From Basidiobolus meristosporus CBS 931.73 (Eukaryota > Fungi > Basidiobolomycota), in the NCBI GenBank assembly GCA_002104905.1, contig MCFE01000205.1, forward strand, positions 66,071 through 130,070: 64,000 bases of DNA, written 5' to 3'. The notes below the pieces were generated by a model. That model was not told the origin of the DNA. It saw nothing but the letters and a program-made list of their open reading frames with translations, and searched no databases. A program made the translations under genes and the position numbers. Below are positions 37,798-51,383 of the stretch, piece after piece. Within the stretch, counting starts at the first letter, position 1; each line of letters starts with the position of its first letter.

Positions 37798-38418
37798 TGT
37801 AGTAATGGAAAGTATGCCATCAATAGAACTTACATTATATCCATTTCTTTATTTTGCCTTTTGCTATTATCACACACTAATGAAAGATGCAGAATTTAGA
37901 ACTTTGAAGGATAATGCTTAAGACCCTGACAAGCAGTCTACCCAAGAATATTATATCATGCAGTACACTCAGTAGTCAGATCTTAACAACTGAAAGATTT
38001 TAGCTTTGTATCACACTTTTTGCTAGCACAATTGCCAAAACCTTTGATCCTTCAGAATTTTTATTTATGTGAATTCCCCTGCTGAAAGAAAAAAAAGCAA
38101 GCTTTCTTTACAGAATCTCCACTCTAAGATTACAAGTTCAATGGTTATATGACTTCCCCTGCATTACTTGCACTGTTGAGTACTCTGACTTTGATTAGTA
38201 CTATAACAGTAAAGAGACTGCAAAGCATACTAGAATCCAATCTAGGTTCTTCAGAAAAGCAAGCACTTTTCTGTTGCAGAATTCCCCTCTAAGAGACATT
38301 GTTATTCAAAAGATGCTGCCTTAGTCTACAGACCCCTTTAGAGACCCATTTAGCCTAAAGACCTGATAGTCAACAGAAGGTCCAAACACTGCTGCAGAAG
38401 TGTGAAACACTACCTATA
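37798..38418 (+). mobile_element. Internally deleted solo LTR of the Ty3/gypsy family at 7397-8396
   Basis: Starts tgtagtaatggaaagta, ends cactacctata; lacks ~7600-7780 and most of the CCCCTTTA array. Confidence 0.8.
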
Positions 38419-38422
38419 GTAT

Positions 38423-39656
38423 AGACTTGTTGTCTTAGATAATGCCAAATAAGGCCAGCTTGCTTATAGTTCCAAAATCATTGGACACTCTTCAGCACCA
38501 TTGGCTTCCTATAAGCTGCAATACATTCTAATCTCTGACAATACTCTCATATAAAAGCCAAGTCTGCCATAAATTACACCCCTCTACTAAATTCAGGATG
38601 ATTCTCTACCCCAAGTGCTTTGCCATGCCTACTTCAAGCAAATGTCCCACTGAACCAATGCCAACCTCAATGTCCAACAGTGTTTGAAACTTCACACAGT
38701 GTGCCTTGTATTTACCAGAATATAAGTGCCTTTGCCCTCTAGAAGGTCTGCTAATCCTGACTGGATAGGTATCTAAAATACTCCTGGTATAGAGCCTTTT
38801 GCTCAGCACTCTGGGATATGGAAGTCTATTGGAGTTTCTGAACCTAGTATTGCAAACTTGTACTAAATCACCCATACTCTCTGCAAGGTGGTTCTCCATT
38901 GCTGTCAGCTGGGGATGCAAGCTGCTAGGACTCTTGTTGCCATGGATAGTGTGGCAAAACCTTGTAGGGTATTATTTCTTGTAATAGCATAGAAGCTCAA
39001 CAAGGAATCTCCTGGAGTAGATTGGGGTAGATGGTCCACAGTACTTAGCACAGATCCCCTCTAATGTGTCAAAAGGAAATCCAGTGGAAGTGATGGGATG
39101 GATGAGAAAAGATCACTCAGATGATTGGAACAGATGTGCCTTCAAGTAATTTGGTACCATTAGTTTAATTTATCTGATTTTTCATGCTTTATGATTAAAT
39201 CTCCATCAATTACCAAGTATCCCATCATTATGTTGCAAAAGTCATTTGCAAACAATTGCTTGGTAACCTCATTGATGATATGCTCACTATACTGTAATCA
39301 AATAGGAAATCTGCAACTAATATGATCTGATCTGTGTCCATGTAATCCAAGATGCATCATTGATAATATATGGAAAATTCAGCAATCATATCAGCTTTCA
39401 TATGTATTTCATATAAGTTCAGATTTATGCCAGTATACAGTTGTATAAGAATCCAAATTTGTCACTCCGGTCCCTATACCAAGTCTCAACTCATCTTTGG
39501 TACAACCAAGACAAAACCCATACCCCAGCTGACTAGATTTGTCTGGACTGGAAAAGACAATGTTGGATCTGTTTGTGCTCTTGCCAAATGATTTCAGTAT
39601 GGCCTAAGTGTCTATGATGAGCCTTCATATAGATATCTGGGCACTACTCATTAATC
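38423..39656 (-). mobile_element. PHIS copy C (TIR, internally deleted transposase, promoter region), cut by a copia LTR at 39657
   Basis: TIR agacttgttgtc; ORF 38606-38920 matches the transposase; 39.1-39.65 kb matches 11.6-12.85 kb without the MITE. Confidence 0.8.
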
Positions 39657-41275
39657 TGTTGTAAAAATTAGTAATTCCACCTATATATTCACCTAACTTA
39701 GTCACTTAGATAGTTACCTTCAAATCCTAGGGAATACTGATCAAATTCCTTGTTGGGATTTACTTGGAATATTTTTGCCAAAATACCAGGTACCCAGAAA
39801 ATTAAAATTCTCAAAGTTGTCCAAACAGCCCCAAACTTTGCACACGTGTTCTTGGGACCTTCCTTAAGCTATTCTACAGGTTTGTCAAGCCAAGATCATG
39901 TAAAGTACAAATACTACTTTTACATTCATTGAATTATTAAGTGAAATCACATAACTTACTTGGTCTCCTAGTCACTTCCAATATCTCCAAGACTCTTACA
40001 ACAGGTTATAAGCCCCAAGTTGTCACTTTCTGCAATGTCTACTTCTGCTATTACTGGAACTTTTCCCTCTGCTGAGAAGTTTGATGGATCTAACCAATAA
40101 GTGTGGGAGGTGAAGATGAAGATGCTGCTGCAAGAAAGAGGCCTTTGGGATATTGTCACAGGAGAAGAATGCCCTCCTAAAAACATGGGAGAGGAAGCCT
40201 TAAATTACCTTAAGAAAGAACTAAGGGCCTTGAACTCCATTTGCGTTGATGTGGAAGATAAGTTGCAATTCAATGATCAAGAGCAAAAACAGCAAAGAAT
40301 GCCTGGAAGGCATTAGAAGACACCTACCAGCCATGACAGCTGCTAAGAAAAAGTATCTGAGACAAAAATTCTTCAATACAAAGATGCAGCCAGGAGAAGA
40401 AATGAACAATCTATCAACAGAATTACACTGCTGGTGGGTGAGAAGATATCTGCTGGAGTACCAACTATTGATGAGGATGTGATAGTTACCTTTCTAAGTA
40501 GTCTGTCAGACAAGTTTTAGGGCCTTGTATTGACCCTGGAGTCCTCAACTGAAGATTTGACCTTAAATTAAAATATGAAAAGCTCTTGGATGAAGAATTA
40601 AGAAAATCAAGTGCCAATAAGAAGGAAGAAGGCAATGCTTTAATAGACAATGATTACCAACAAAGAAGGTATGCAAGACCCTACAAAGGCAACAGCAACC
40701 TGTTTTGCAACTGCCACAAAAGGAAAGGATACACATCAGACCAGTGTCTCAAAAAGAGAGATCATCAGCAAAAGAAGCTTCAGTATAAAAATGCTGCCAC
40801 AACTGAGGACAGATGATTCATATCTGCACTAAATATGACCACAAACAAGGATTATCAGACATGGTATATTGGCTCTGGAGCATGTCAACACTTTACACAT
40901 CACAAAGAACTTTTACCCAATACAAAGAAATTCCAATCAGAGGGTTTTCATGGGTGACAATAGAACACTTGATGCAGTGGGAGAAGGAACTATCCACTTA
41001 AACCCTAGAAGCAGTGAGGAAGCCATACATTGACCTTTAGAGAAGTACTCTATGTACCAGAAATAGTCAAGAATCTACTATCTGTAAAAGGCCACAGCAG
41101 AAGAACTCAGTTTCAACTTGGACAACTCTGGATGCAGGAATACCTTTCAAAATGGCGCCCATATTGCTTTGTGTATCAGAGATCAGAATCTGTATAAGTT
41201 GACTTATATTCCATCATATCTGGAAGCCAACGCAAGTAACTCAAATGGGGAAACACCAATGCTTCAGCACAGGAG
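39657..41275 (+). mobile_element. 5' part of a copia copy (LTR 39657-40003, PBS-like ggttataagcccc, degenerate gag-protease)
   Basis: Colinear with 30906-32430. Confidence 0.85.
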
Positions 41276-41889
41276 ATTTTGCCACATCAATTTTGATTAT
41301 TTGTGCCCAATGATCAAAGATCCGCTAAGCCTCCTCAAAGCCTGCTGCCTCTCCATCATCCTTGCCCAAATGGACTCCTTTGTCCCCTCTTCTTCTTTTG
41401 AATTCTCTCCCTAAAAGTCTCTCACAACTTGCATCCTTTGCAAAGATAATATTCTCAAAGGCCAATCCACCTTTGTTGTTGAAATGTCTGACCTTAGATA
41501 TATCCTCAAATATACCAACCCCTACACTTTAGTTTTTGCTAACAAAATGCCCACAGCACAGAACACATCTCTGCATCTGCCATCCCACCTCCAGCATCAT
41601 AACTCTTGCCAAACAAAATATCATCTTTATGTTCACCACCCATTTACACAACATCTACAAATTTATCATAGATATTCCCAGCATTGAAGTTTTTCATCTC
41701 TCTGTTAATTTCAAACATATTAATTCTAAATATGTTATTATCTTTGAATGCAAGATTAAAAAAGGTCCCTGTGACTCCATTTATGGCATCAAAGGCTGCA
41801 AATTCCTTAACATGGACCTTAACTTCTGCCAAAAAGCATTCCAAATCAATGCAAACATTTTGTCCTGTGAAGATGAAACTTGTCCCACT

Positions 41890-42499
41890 AGCAGTTTGTC
41901 TTTAACATTAAGACAAATGCAGTTAAAGGCACTTTGTTCTTTCTTCTGGTACTCTGATGCTTCCTCTTCCATGTTTTTAGGGAGCATTCTTCTCCCATGA
42001 TAATATCCCCAAGGCTTCTTTCTTGTAGCAGCATCTTCATCTTCACCTTCCACACATGCTAGTTGGATCCATTCAACTTTTCAGCAGAGGGAAAAACTCC
42101 AGTAGTAACAGCAGTAGATATTGCAGAGAGTGACAGCTTGGGGCTCATAACCTGTTGTAAGAGTCTTAGAGATATTGGAAGTGATTGGGAGAACAAGTAG
42201 ATTTTATGGCCTTCACTTAATTATATATTCAGTGTGAAAGTAGTATTTATACTTTTACATGGTCTTAGCATAACAAACATGTAAATAAATTACAGAAGGT
42301 CCCAAGAGCATGTGTGCAAAGTTTAGGGCTGTTTTGACAACTTTAAGAATTTTCATGTTTTAGGTACTTGGTATTTTGGTGAGATATTTTAAGTAAATCC
42401 CAACAAAGAGTTTGGTTAGTATTCTCTAGGATATGAAGGCCATGATCTAAGTGGCTAAGTCAGGTGAATAATTAGGTGGAATTACAAATTTTTACAGCA
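41890..42499 (-). mobile_element. Inverted copia 5' fragment (LTR 42153-42499, PBS, gag start)
   Basis: Reverse complement matches 39657-40270; ORF 41781-42053 begins MEGEDEDAATRKK. Confidence 0.85.
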
Positions 42500-43207
42500 G
42501 TTTCCACCACAGAGGCAGATTATATGGCAGCCTGTGAAGCTACAAAAGAAGTAATGTGGTTAAGGAAGCTTTTTACAGATTTAGGACTATGTCAAAAGCT
42601 GCCTATTACTCTATCTCAAGATAATCAAGAATGTGTACAATTAAGTAGAAATACAACTTCTCATGCTAGAACTAAGCATATACATATTAGATGTCATTTC
42701 ATATGTGAAGCTAGAGAGAATAACTTAGTTAGCTTTGTTTGCTGTCTTTCAGTCAAAATGATTGCAGACATATTTACCAAAACATTAGCTGGAGACCAGT
42801 TTGAATATCTTAGGTCCAGATTAGGATTAGTCAGTATGAACATTTAGCTGAGTGGGAGTGTTGTAAGAACTTGTAATTCCACATAAATATTCACCAAACT
42901 TAGTCACTTAGATCATTACCTTCAAATCCTAGAGAGTACTTACCAGATTCCTTGTCAGTATTTACTTAGAATATTTTCACCAAAATAACAGGTACCCAGA
43001 GCATGAAAATTCTCAAAGTTGTCCAAATAGCCCCAAGCTTTGCACACATGTTCTTGGGACCTTCCTTGACCTATTCTACATGTTTGTTATGCCAAGACCA
43101 TGTCAAAGTATAAATACCACTTTTGCATCTAATAAATCATTGAGTGAAAACCACATAATCTACTTGTTCTCTCAATCACTTCCAGTATCTCCAAGACACT
43201 TACAACA
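42500..43207 (+). mobile_element. Copia 3' fragment (RNase H end, PPT, LTR 42859-43207)
   Basis: STTEADYMAACEATKE...MIADIFTK; gctgagtgggag then TGTTGT...TACAACA. Confidence 0.85.
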
Positions 43208-44446
43208 AGATGAGGGTACTTCCCAATGGAGTCCAACTTATTTTGGCTATACCTGAACTTTGTGAAAATTCATATATACTCTATGGAGCCTCTTCTTCAA
43301 AGTTCTCAAGATAGAAACTTTAGTAGAGCCTTCAAACTGCAACAGGATACATCAGATATTGTAGTATATATTGGAGCAGATTATTTAATGAAGAAGTCTT
43401 GATGTCTGCAGTCCATGGATTAGAAAGCAACAGGTGCAAGGATCAACAAGATGAGATTTGTGCATTCTGAAGATGCCAAGAAGACCAGCTGGCCTTGCAA
43501 ACCAAGCTCAAGGTTGAGCATGACTATCAGGAGAATATAGAAAATCCAAGCCCCAGGTGAATCTCACTTCTGGAAAAGTGCCTATCAATATTCTACAAGT
43601 ATATTCTGATGTGACAAAAGTGACTATATCAGTCCAAGTCAGTAAAAACACTCTAAGAATAGCTACCAAATAGGCTATGGTATTGTCTGATACCAAACTG
43701 GGTAAATCAAGAAACAAGTTGACTGTGAAACTCCTATATATGAAGTATTCAGTCTAAAAAAAGTTATTGCTACTTTTAGGAGGACAAAGGTGGCCATTCT
43801 GGATCATTATTTGAATCCAAAGCACTAAACAGATGTAGTTCAAGTGTAAGTAGGCCATCTCAGCTCAGAGTTGGGCAAAAACCTTTTTTTTAGCCATATT
43901 ATATGTGACACAGTGACAGGAAATGAGGATACCGCAGATCAGGCACAAATGACAAAACCTTAACTTGGCCCAATATAGGACATTATTTACCTCATATGAA
44001 GTCTATGTAAAGAAAGCAACTGTCCATGAGGCTAATATGGCCATACAGTGAAGTTTTCTAAATGAATCAGACTGTTGCCCTGAATAAGTAAACTTCAGAT
44101 CTGCCATTAATGACAAAACCTTAACTTGACCAAAAAAGGGTCAGTTTTGCTTATATATCAATATTCAAATCTGACAATCAAACTCAGCTCACTATTCAAG
44201 CCTATGAAAGTGATCAAAGCTGATGATTAGTATTTTGATCAGATCATTCTGATTTTAGGCATACTATTAAGTATATATGCTCATTGAGTTACAAGTTACT
44301 TGTTCAAGTAAGCTGAAACCAAATGCTTATACTGTTGAATAATGTGTTAGTCCAGTGTGCAACATTGTCCAACTTTATATGCTCCAGTACATATTGCACG
44401 CTCTTAATATGTATTTGTTACATATGATTATTCTATTGAGTGGGAG

Positions 44447-44795
44447 CATTGTAATTATTAAGCTGCCACATAAAAATTCATGCTACCTTAGTCACATAGA
44501 TCTTATTCTGTGATTAGCATTCTGACCTGGCTAAACATCTTGCTGGAATTTACCTAGAATATATTCACCAAGTTATCAGGTACCCAAATTATGACCTTTC
44601 CCAAAGTTGCCCAATGGACCCCAAACCTTCCACACATATTCTTGGGACCTTCCTTAACAAAGTCTACATGTCTGTATGCCCTGCTTTAGCAAAAGTATAA
44701 ATACCATACTTTTGATCAATACATTTACAAGTGAATAACATGTATATCCTCCAGTTCTCCACATCACTTCCAATACTCCTCAGAATATTGCAACA
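44447..44795 (+). mobile_element. Diverged copia-family 3' LTR preceded by PPT gagtgggag
   Basis: Shares ttcttgggaccttccttaac, aaagtataaatacc, cacttccaata and the terminal caaca with the 349-bp LTR family. Confidence 0.65.
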
Positions 44796-47700
44796 AAAAG
44801 TTCATTGCATATTGTTGGCTCCATAGGTGGGAGTTACAAAGCTGTGATATTGAATCCATCTTGCAGTTAGCGATCTGAGCACAAGCGACTTGGACCAATC
44901 CCTGTGCATAACCCTGAATATTCTTGACGCACTCTGTATGGTTCCACTTGTTGAATCAGCAGCATTAAATCAGTATCTGGTTAGTCACGTAAGGGGTATA
45001 GACTGGTCTGCAGATACCGAAGAATCGATCTGAATAGCAGGTAAGTGTTCATCAAGGCCATGAGACATGAATTGCTGTCAGAGTTGTTGATGTCCCCAAA
45101 TGGCATTGGATGGGGAAGGACAGCAAGTGGACAGTATACAACTACCGATCGCTATGGCAATCATGGGTGGCAAGTGTACAAGACATAGATGCCACAAAGC
45201 GGGATGTTCAGATAATTGGAGGGGAGTAGATTTGGCAGGTCAAGAATAGGATGAAGATAGCTGGATTACTACTCAGCATAAATAAACCGAGTTGTACCTT
45301 TACCAAGCTAGTACTGCTAAGAAAGCTACCCCCTATCCAAACACACGACCAGTGGACCAGAGGGAAATTGTTGAAGCTAGTAGAAGATACATTCAATTGG
45401 CCCACAATCGAACCTAACGTGGTTGCAAAGAGGAGAGCACGTTGATATGGGATATGTGTGGCTAAAGCGTTCGTGGAGTGCGGTCTCTCCATCAATCAAC
45501 TGAGAGAGAAACAGGTATCTCCCCCAACCCCGTACTCAGCCCTCAATACCAGCTCCAGCTTTACCAAAGCCTACTACTGCACACAACAGCTCAGCAAAGC
45601 CTGGAGATTGGTCTCACAAGCCGGGCAAGAAATTCTCGAGCTGGACGTGGTACACCAATTTCAAGTATCCTCTAGCCAAGTCGTATCAAAAATGCGGTGC
45701 ATCACCCTTTCCCACAGTCTAAACGGAGGAGAAATCGACCATTATCGTTTATGAGGCATTGGTAACAAACGCGCCAGGCTCGTCACCCATGGTCTGTACA
45801 TACAATGGCACAGGTATAGATATGGATGGATGTACCATTAAAAGGTTGAAATGCGAAAAAGTTGTCCCTTGGTGCATACAGGCAGTGTTGGTATCAGGCT
45901 CCAGGATCTGCTAGGCCAGCAAGCCCACTACCGGTTAGCCCATATGATAATAGCATTATCCAAGGCTTCAGCCCGACGCCAGACTAGCCATTGGAAACGG
46001 GATTTGTTGTGAAAGCTGTTGGTGAACTGGGGAGGGCTTCAAGGGATTGGTGCTGCTTCGAAGGCATCGTATATTGGATCAGCCATGTCAGGAATTCCGT
46101 TTCCCAGATCAAACGGAGTGATGGGATTTGAACTACGGAATGGGAATGCACAGGTGATGTACGACTGATCAGCACCTATTGGAATCCTCCAAGAGGGGTG
46201 CTACGGATACTCTGGGACGGAGGTCCTTAGGATGTTTTCACGCCAGTGCTCCAACTTTGGGCTGACATCAGCTATATACTTCTGTGTTGGGAAGCATAGT
46301 CTATGTCTAGCCAGCAGTCGGGCAGAAATGGACTCTGCGTACGAAGCACCGGTAGGACTATCAGAAATCTCATGGCTTGCTAGGTGGTACAATGATGAAG
46401 TGCAGAGCTGAGGATAGGCGGTAGATTCCCAGAGGGACTAATGGCAATAGGACTGCAAGCGAGGTCCATAATGTGGGAAAACTCAGGAGTCCGCGAGGGT
46501 GGTAATATTCCCACTTCATCGTAAAGATTCGCGTACCACCTGATGTCTGACCTGGCTCACATAGCGCACTGGTTCATCAGGAAACGTACTAGATTCTGGT
46601 GACCATGGGTCGCTGTAACGTATGCAGAGCCGGAGCTAGGCGCCAGCCATCATGCATTGGGCCAGAATGACCAGGGCGGGTCACAATACAAACTTGCCAT
46701 ATCCTACGATATTCGTTCGGAGTAGTAATGATGAATCACCAGCTTGCAACATAACGGCGAATTTCGCTGTGCTGTGAAATACGGTCTGCTCTCCAGCACG
46801 AGAGAGCGACAACCTCAGCCTTGATCCGATCTGATTTCTAGTGGTTATGCTTGAGGTCGTCCGGATTCACTGATTAGCAATCGGGTTGGAGGAAATCCAT
46901 GTAAATGGGATCCTCAGATCGCCCATCCATGTTGTTTGTGGGAGAAGGGAATGGTTGAAGCCCCAAGGGTGGGGTTGAAGCGATCATACAGGCGGCCTTG
47001 ACTAAACATCATTCGAGCCAAACGCTCAAAAAGGCCCATCAGATCAGGCTTACATAATCCACATTAGCATGCATGATTCGTGGGCAAGGATCTGAGCGTC
47101 CAAGGCAGGACCCATCCTCTCTGAAGCGTACCTGGGCTGAGGAACATGTGATGAAAGCAAGAAACCTCACCTCGCCTCGCTAGAAGGTGGAGAGCACTCC
47201 ACCGGTGCGCATAGCTTCTGGCTCTCATAGCACACCGGATAGAAAGCATATACCAAACTGATGATGGTCGCCATATAGTACCTAAGCTAGTACAATTCCA
47301 GCGTATCCTACAGCTCAGCGTGCCTCGATGAAATTGAAGTGAGCATGAATACACTGGTTTCAAATGAACGGTATGGATTCACTATGCTGGTGGCCTCCTC
47401 TATGTCGCACATGATCTTGGCACGACAATCCAGTGCTGTTTTGAGTAGTACCGTTCATAATGAGTTGGTACGAGAAGAACCCATGTGATCTGTATGCGGC
47501 AGCTTACCACGATGCAGCGTAAGTCAGCATCTTTCCTGTCTCTCAGAATCGGACCAACCTCATGACTTCAGCGATACCTCGATAACAAGTTACCGTTAAG
47601 GCGAAGATTCACAAACATGCATTGTATGACTGGCCGTCTCGGATTTCCTAAAACTGCCATGGATTGAACCATGATTGGATTCAGATTTTGATGAGGGCGA

Positions 47701-48827
47701 AGATGGTTGCTCAGTCCGGGAGTCGGTGCAGCCTTTCTTTACGAACAACGCCCTCGTGAGAAGTTTTGTCGACGCTGGCCGGATTCCACCCGCCGCATGT
47801 CGTCACTTTTGGGACTCGCAGCAACCTACGTTACTGAGAACTGGATTGGTATCACCTCTCCTCAACTGTTGAACGTGGATGCGCAATCGATATCCCCGAT
47901 AAAACCCTGGGTGTATTTCATATGCACCTGGCTGTATGCTCGGTAGGAGCACAAATTCCTGGTAGAGCGATGGGCGCATGACGCGATTCCAGGAATTTCT
48001 TTGTAGGAGTCCATCTGAAACCCCGGTACCAAACCGGTCGTTTTCCCTGGGAGGATTTTCGCACATTGGCAAGGCAGGATGCTGTGGAGGGACGAGCGAC
48101 ACCGAGCGTGTAAGGCTTGACTCTGAAGGCGCCCACCCTCCTTGAGGCCCTGGCATTGCTCCAGCAGCCCAGGAGCCTCGCACCGTGGGATATGGATACT
48201 GATCTCCAACTGAGGTGCTTCCCAACCTTCTGTGCCACTTTGTAATTCACAAGTCAGTGGTAGCAGCCAATTGATGAGCACCAGTCCAGGGATTCATCAT
48301 TGTTTGCAAAGACCAATCATCCATCAGCAACTGGTGGATAACAGGATTCATAATTGCTGCTGTGGTACAAGTTTCATTCCCTCATCTTAGGGTTCGGTAT
48401 CCGCTGCTTGGAATTCCCCCCGCTGTGATCGACACAATGAGCCCCATCCATATTAAGAACCGATGAATTAAGCTTACCAGAAAGAGGAAATCGTGTGGTC
48501 ATGTGAAGTAATCCAAATATCCGTTCAATATGTCGAAGATAGCAACCCAAGGGTTATCTTCTCGGCCGAAACATTCGCTGGGGGAAAATCATACTAATCA
48601 GGACGTTAGAACGGCTGTGCAAGCACCCATTCTCCTTGAGGATGAGAAATTTTCGTGGTCGCACCACTTGCTTCGTATGGGAAACGGGTTGGCTCTCAGA
48701 ACCTCATGTCGCATCCAAGTGCGATGGTCATCCACTGTGCAAGGTATAAATACTTGTCTGGATCCCATCGAGAAAGACAAGTTTCCTTTTCTTCTCTCGG
48801 CTCAACTCACTCCCACTCTTTCTCGTT

Positions 48828-51383
48828 TTGAAAATGAGACTCCAGCAGCTCTTTGTTCTTTCCACTCTCTTGATGGCCGAGTATGCCCTCGGTAGTAGAC
48901 CTACCGGGGTTCTTAAGAGCGTCCCTGCTGACTTCGGTGACAAGTCCACCTCGGTACTCTCCCATGCCTACATCGTGGAGTTCGATCAGGATTCCAAGGG
49001 CGTCTCCAAGGAAAAGCTTATTGCGAACCTCAAGGAGCAGGGGATCGAGTTCAAGGAACGTGCATCCTTCTCCGCCTCATTCAATGGTGTCTCGTTGAAT
49101 ATTGACTCCCAACACGCCGACTTCTTGGCCTCGGTCGAAGGTGTCAAGGCTGTTTGGCCAATCACTCAACACAAGAGAAGCGCTGCCATTGATCAGAGCA
49201 AGATTGTGGGCTCCGGAAGCCTGCCATCGAACCTTATCGCCTCTCCACATGTGATGACAGGAGTCGACAAGGTCCATGAACAATTGAAGAACGTCGGCAC
49301 TGGAATCAGAGTCGGTGTGATCGATACTGGTATTGATTATACTCATCCCGCACTTGGCGGATGTTTCGGAAAGAACTGCCGTGTTCAGTTTGGATACGAC
49401 TATGTTGGTGATGCTTACAACGGTGACGATAGCACCATTCACGGGGACAACGATCCTAAGGATTGCCAAGGTCACGGAACCCACGTCGCCGGTATCATCG
49501 GTGCCCGTGACAAGAATTTCGTCGGTGTTGCACCCGATGTTACCTTCGGTGCTTACAAGGTCTTCGGTTGTGACGGCGGTGCCCCCAGTGATATGATCAT
49601 CAAGGCTATTGAGCAATCTGTCGTCGACAAGATGAACGTGATCAACCTTTCATTGGGAAGCTCCCTTCCCTACCCCGATGACCCCATGACCAGAGCTCTT
49701 AACAAAGCAGCAGATGCCGGAGTGATCCCCGTTGTTGCTGCTGGTAATGAAGGTATGAGCGGTCTCTGGACTGTTGGAAGGCCATCCACTGCTGTCAAAG
49801 CCATCGGCGTTGCTTCATTTGACAACATCAAGTATCCCGGACAGGCCTTCACCATTAACCAGGATAAGGGCAAGAAATTTGTTGCCGGTTACGAAGGCCT
49901 TAAAGCAGTCACTTTCAAGAACACCCCATTTGCTATTGCCCAAACTGGTGGCTGTAGCCCACTTAAGGAAGACCTTACCGGTAAGGTTGTTCTCTTCTTC
50001 AAGCCCGAATCCTGCGATTTGACTGTCAAGGGAGTTAACGCACAAAAAGCCGGGGCCGTGGGTGCTTTTGTTTACTCCAGCACTTTCGGTGCTTATGTTG
50101 CTACCACTATGGATCCTAGCCTAAAGATCCCCCTCATGGGTCTCCAAGCAAGCGATGCCGCTTACTTAAATGATCTTTACACCAAGAACAAGGATTTGAC
50201 CATCACCTTCGATACCGTTCACAAACTTTACGATAACCCTAACGGTGGCAAGCCTTCTTCCTTCACATCTTGGGGCCCAGACTTCGAGCTCAACACCAAG
50301 CCTGATGTTGGTGCTCCCGGTGGAATTATCTACTCCACCTTCCCAGTTGCTCTTGGTTCCTATGCCCATTTGAGAGGAACTTCCATGGCCTCTCCATATA
50401 CCGCTGGTTCTGTTGCCTTGATCCTCAAATCCAGAGGCATTCTCGAACCTTCTGCTGTTAACTCCATTTTGCAGCATACTGCACAACCTGTAACTGAGCT
50501 CAACTTCAAGGGCCTCACCTCTGCTGGAAAGCAGGGGGCTGGCCTTATCAATGTTTGGGATGCCATCCACACCACCTCCTTCGTCAGCCCATCCAAATTT
50601 GCTTTGAATGACACCACTCATTTCAACGGTGCTCACACCTTCACTGTTAGCAACAAGGGCAAGAAGACCGTCACCTACATTGTCGAGCACACTCCCGCTA
50701 TTTCTGTCAACGGATATGACAAGAAGGGATACCCTGCTCTCCAAAATGCCTTCGTTTTGTCTGGAGCTGGAGCCGCTGCCAAAGCATATCCATCTGCCGT
50801 CACCGTTCGCCCAGGCCAAAGCAAGACCGTCAAGGTTACCTTCACCGCACCTCGTCTCGACAAGAAGGACTTGTGGGTGTACTCTGGCTACGTGAACTTC
50901 AGACCGTTAGGTAGCAAGGCGAACACTGTCCGTGTTCCCTACACCGGTGTTTCTGGTGACCTTCACAGTGTCAAGGTCATTGACATCAACGGCGAGAGAC
51001 AACCCACCATCGTTTCCTTGGCCACTGGTGCCCCCGCCAAAGAATTCAACTTGGCTACCGGCAACGTTCCTTTGATCAGCTTCCCACTTATTCACGCCAC
51101 CAAGTATTTGTCCATTGCTGTGGCTGATGCCAAGGGCGCTGAGATTGGCCTCATCGGTTTGGTCGAGGGAGGATTCCCACGTAATACTCCTGGAACTGCC
51201 GTCCGTGTCACTTTCGATGGCTCAGTCACTGTTGTCAAGGATGGAAAAGCACAAGATGTTCAAGTCCCCTCGGGTACCTATACCATCGTCGTCAAGGGAC
51301 TTAAGCCATTTGGCAGCAGCAGCAACCAAGCCGATTTTGATACCTGGGTCTCTGCCCCATTCAGTTTCAAGCGCGATAATTAA
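48828..51383 (+). CDS. Secreted subtilisin-like serine protease (S8; I9-type prodomain, PA and Fn3-like domains), single exon, 851 aa
   Basis: N-terminal hydrophobic signal; catalytic motifs VIDTGIDYTHP, GHGTHVAGI, GTSMASP; strong codon bias. Confidence 0.96.
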   Translation: MKMRLQQLFVLSTLLMAEYALGSRPTGVLKSVPADFGDKSTSVLSHAYIVEFDQDSKGVSKEKLIANLKEQGIEFKERASFSASFNGVSLNIDSQHADFLASVEGVKAVWPITQHKRSAAIDQSKIVGSGSLPSNLIASPHVMTGVDKVHEQLKNVGTGIRVGVIDTGIDYTHPALGGCFGKNCRVQFGYDYVGDAYNGDDSTIHGDNDPKDCQGHGTHVAGIIGARDKNFVGVAPDVTFGAYKVFGCDGGAPSDMIIKAIEQSVVDKMNVINLSLGSSLPYPDDPMTRALNKAADAGVIPVVAAGNEGMSGLWTVGRPSTAVKAIGVASFDNIKYPGQAFTINQDKGKKFVAGYEGLKAVTFKNTPFAIAQTGGCSPLKEDLTGKVVLFFKPESCDLTVKGVNAQKAGAVGAFVYSSTFGAYVATTMDPSLKIPLMGLQASDAAYLNDLYTKNKDLTITFDTVHKLYDNPNGGKPSSFTSWGPDFELNTKPDVGAPGGIIYSTFPVALGSYAHLRGTSMASPYTAGSVALILKSRGILEPSAVNSILQHTAQPVTELNFKGLTSAGKQGAGLINVWDAIHTTSFVSPSKFALNDTTHFNGAHTFTVSNKGKKTVTYIVEHTPAISVNGYDKKGYPALQNAFVLSGAGAAAKAYPSAVTVRPGQSKTVKVTFTAPRLDKKDLWVYSGYVNFRPLGSKANTVRVPYTGVSGDLHSVKVIDINGERQPTIVSLATGAPAKEFNLATGNVPLISFPLIHATKYLSIAVADAKGAEIGLIGLVEGGFPRNTPGTAVRVTFDGSVTVVKDGKAQDVQVPSGTYTIVVKGLKPFGSSSNQADFDTWVSAPFSFKRDN

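Noticed and set aside
49077-50819. Antisense ORFs 49077-49616 and 50166-50819
   Set aside because: Shadow frames produced by the codon bias of the S8 gene
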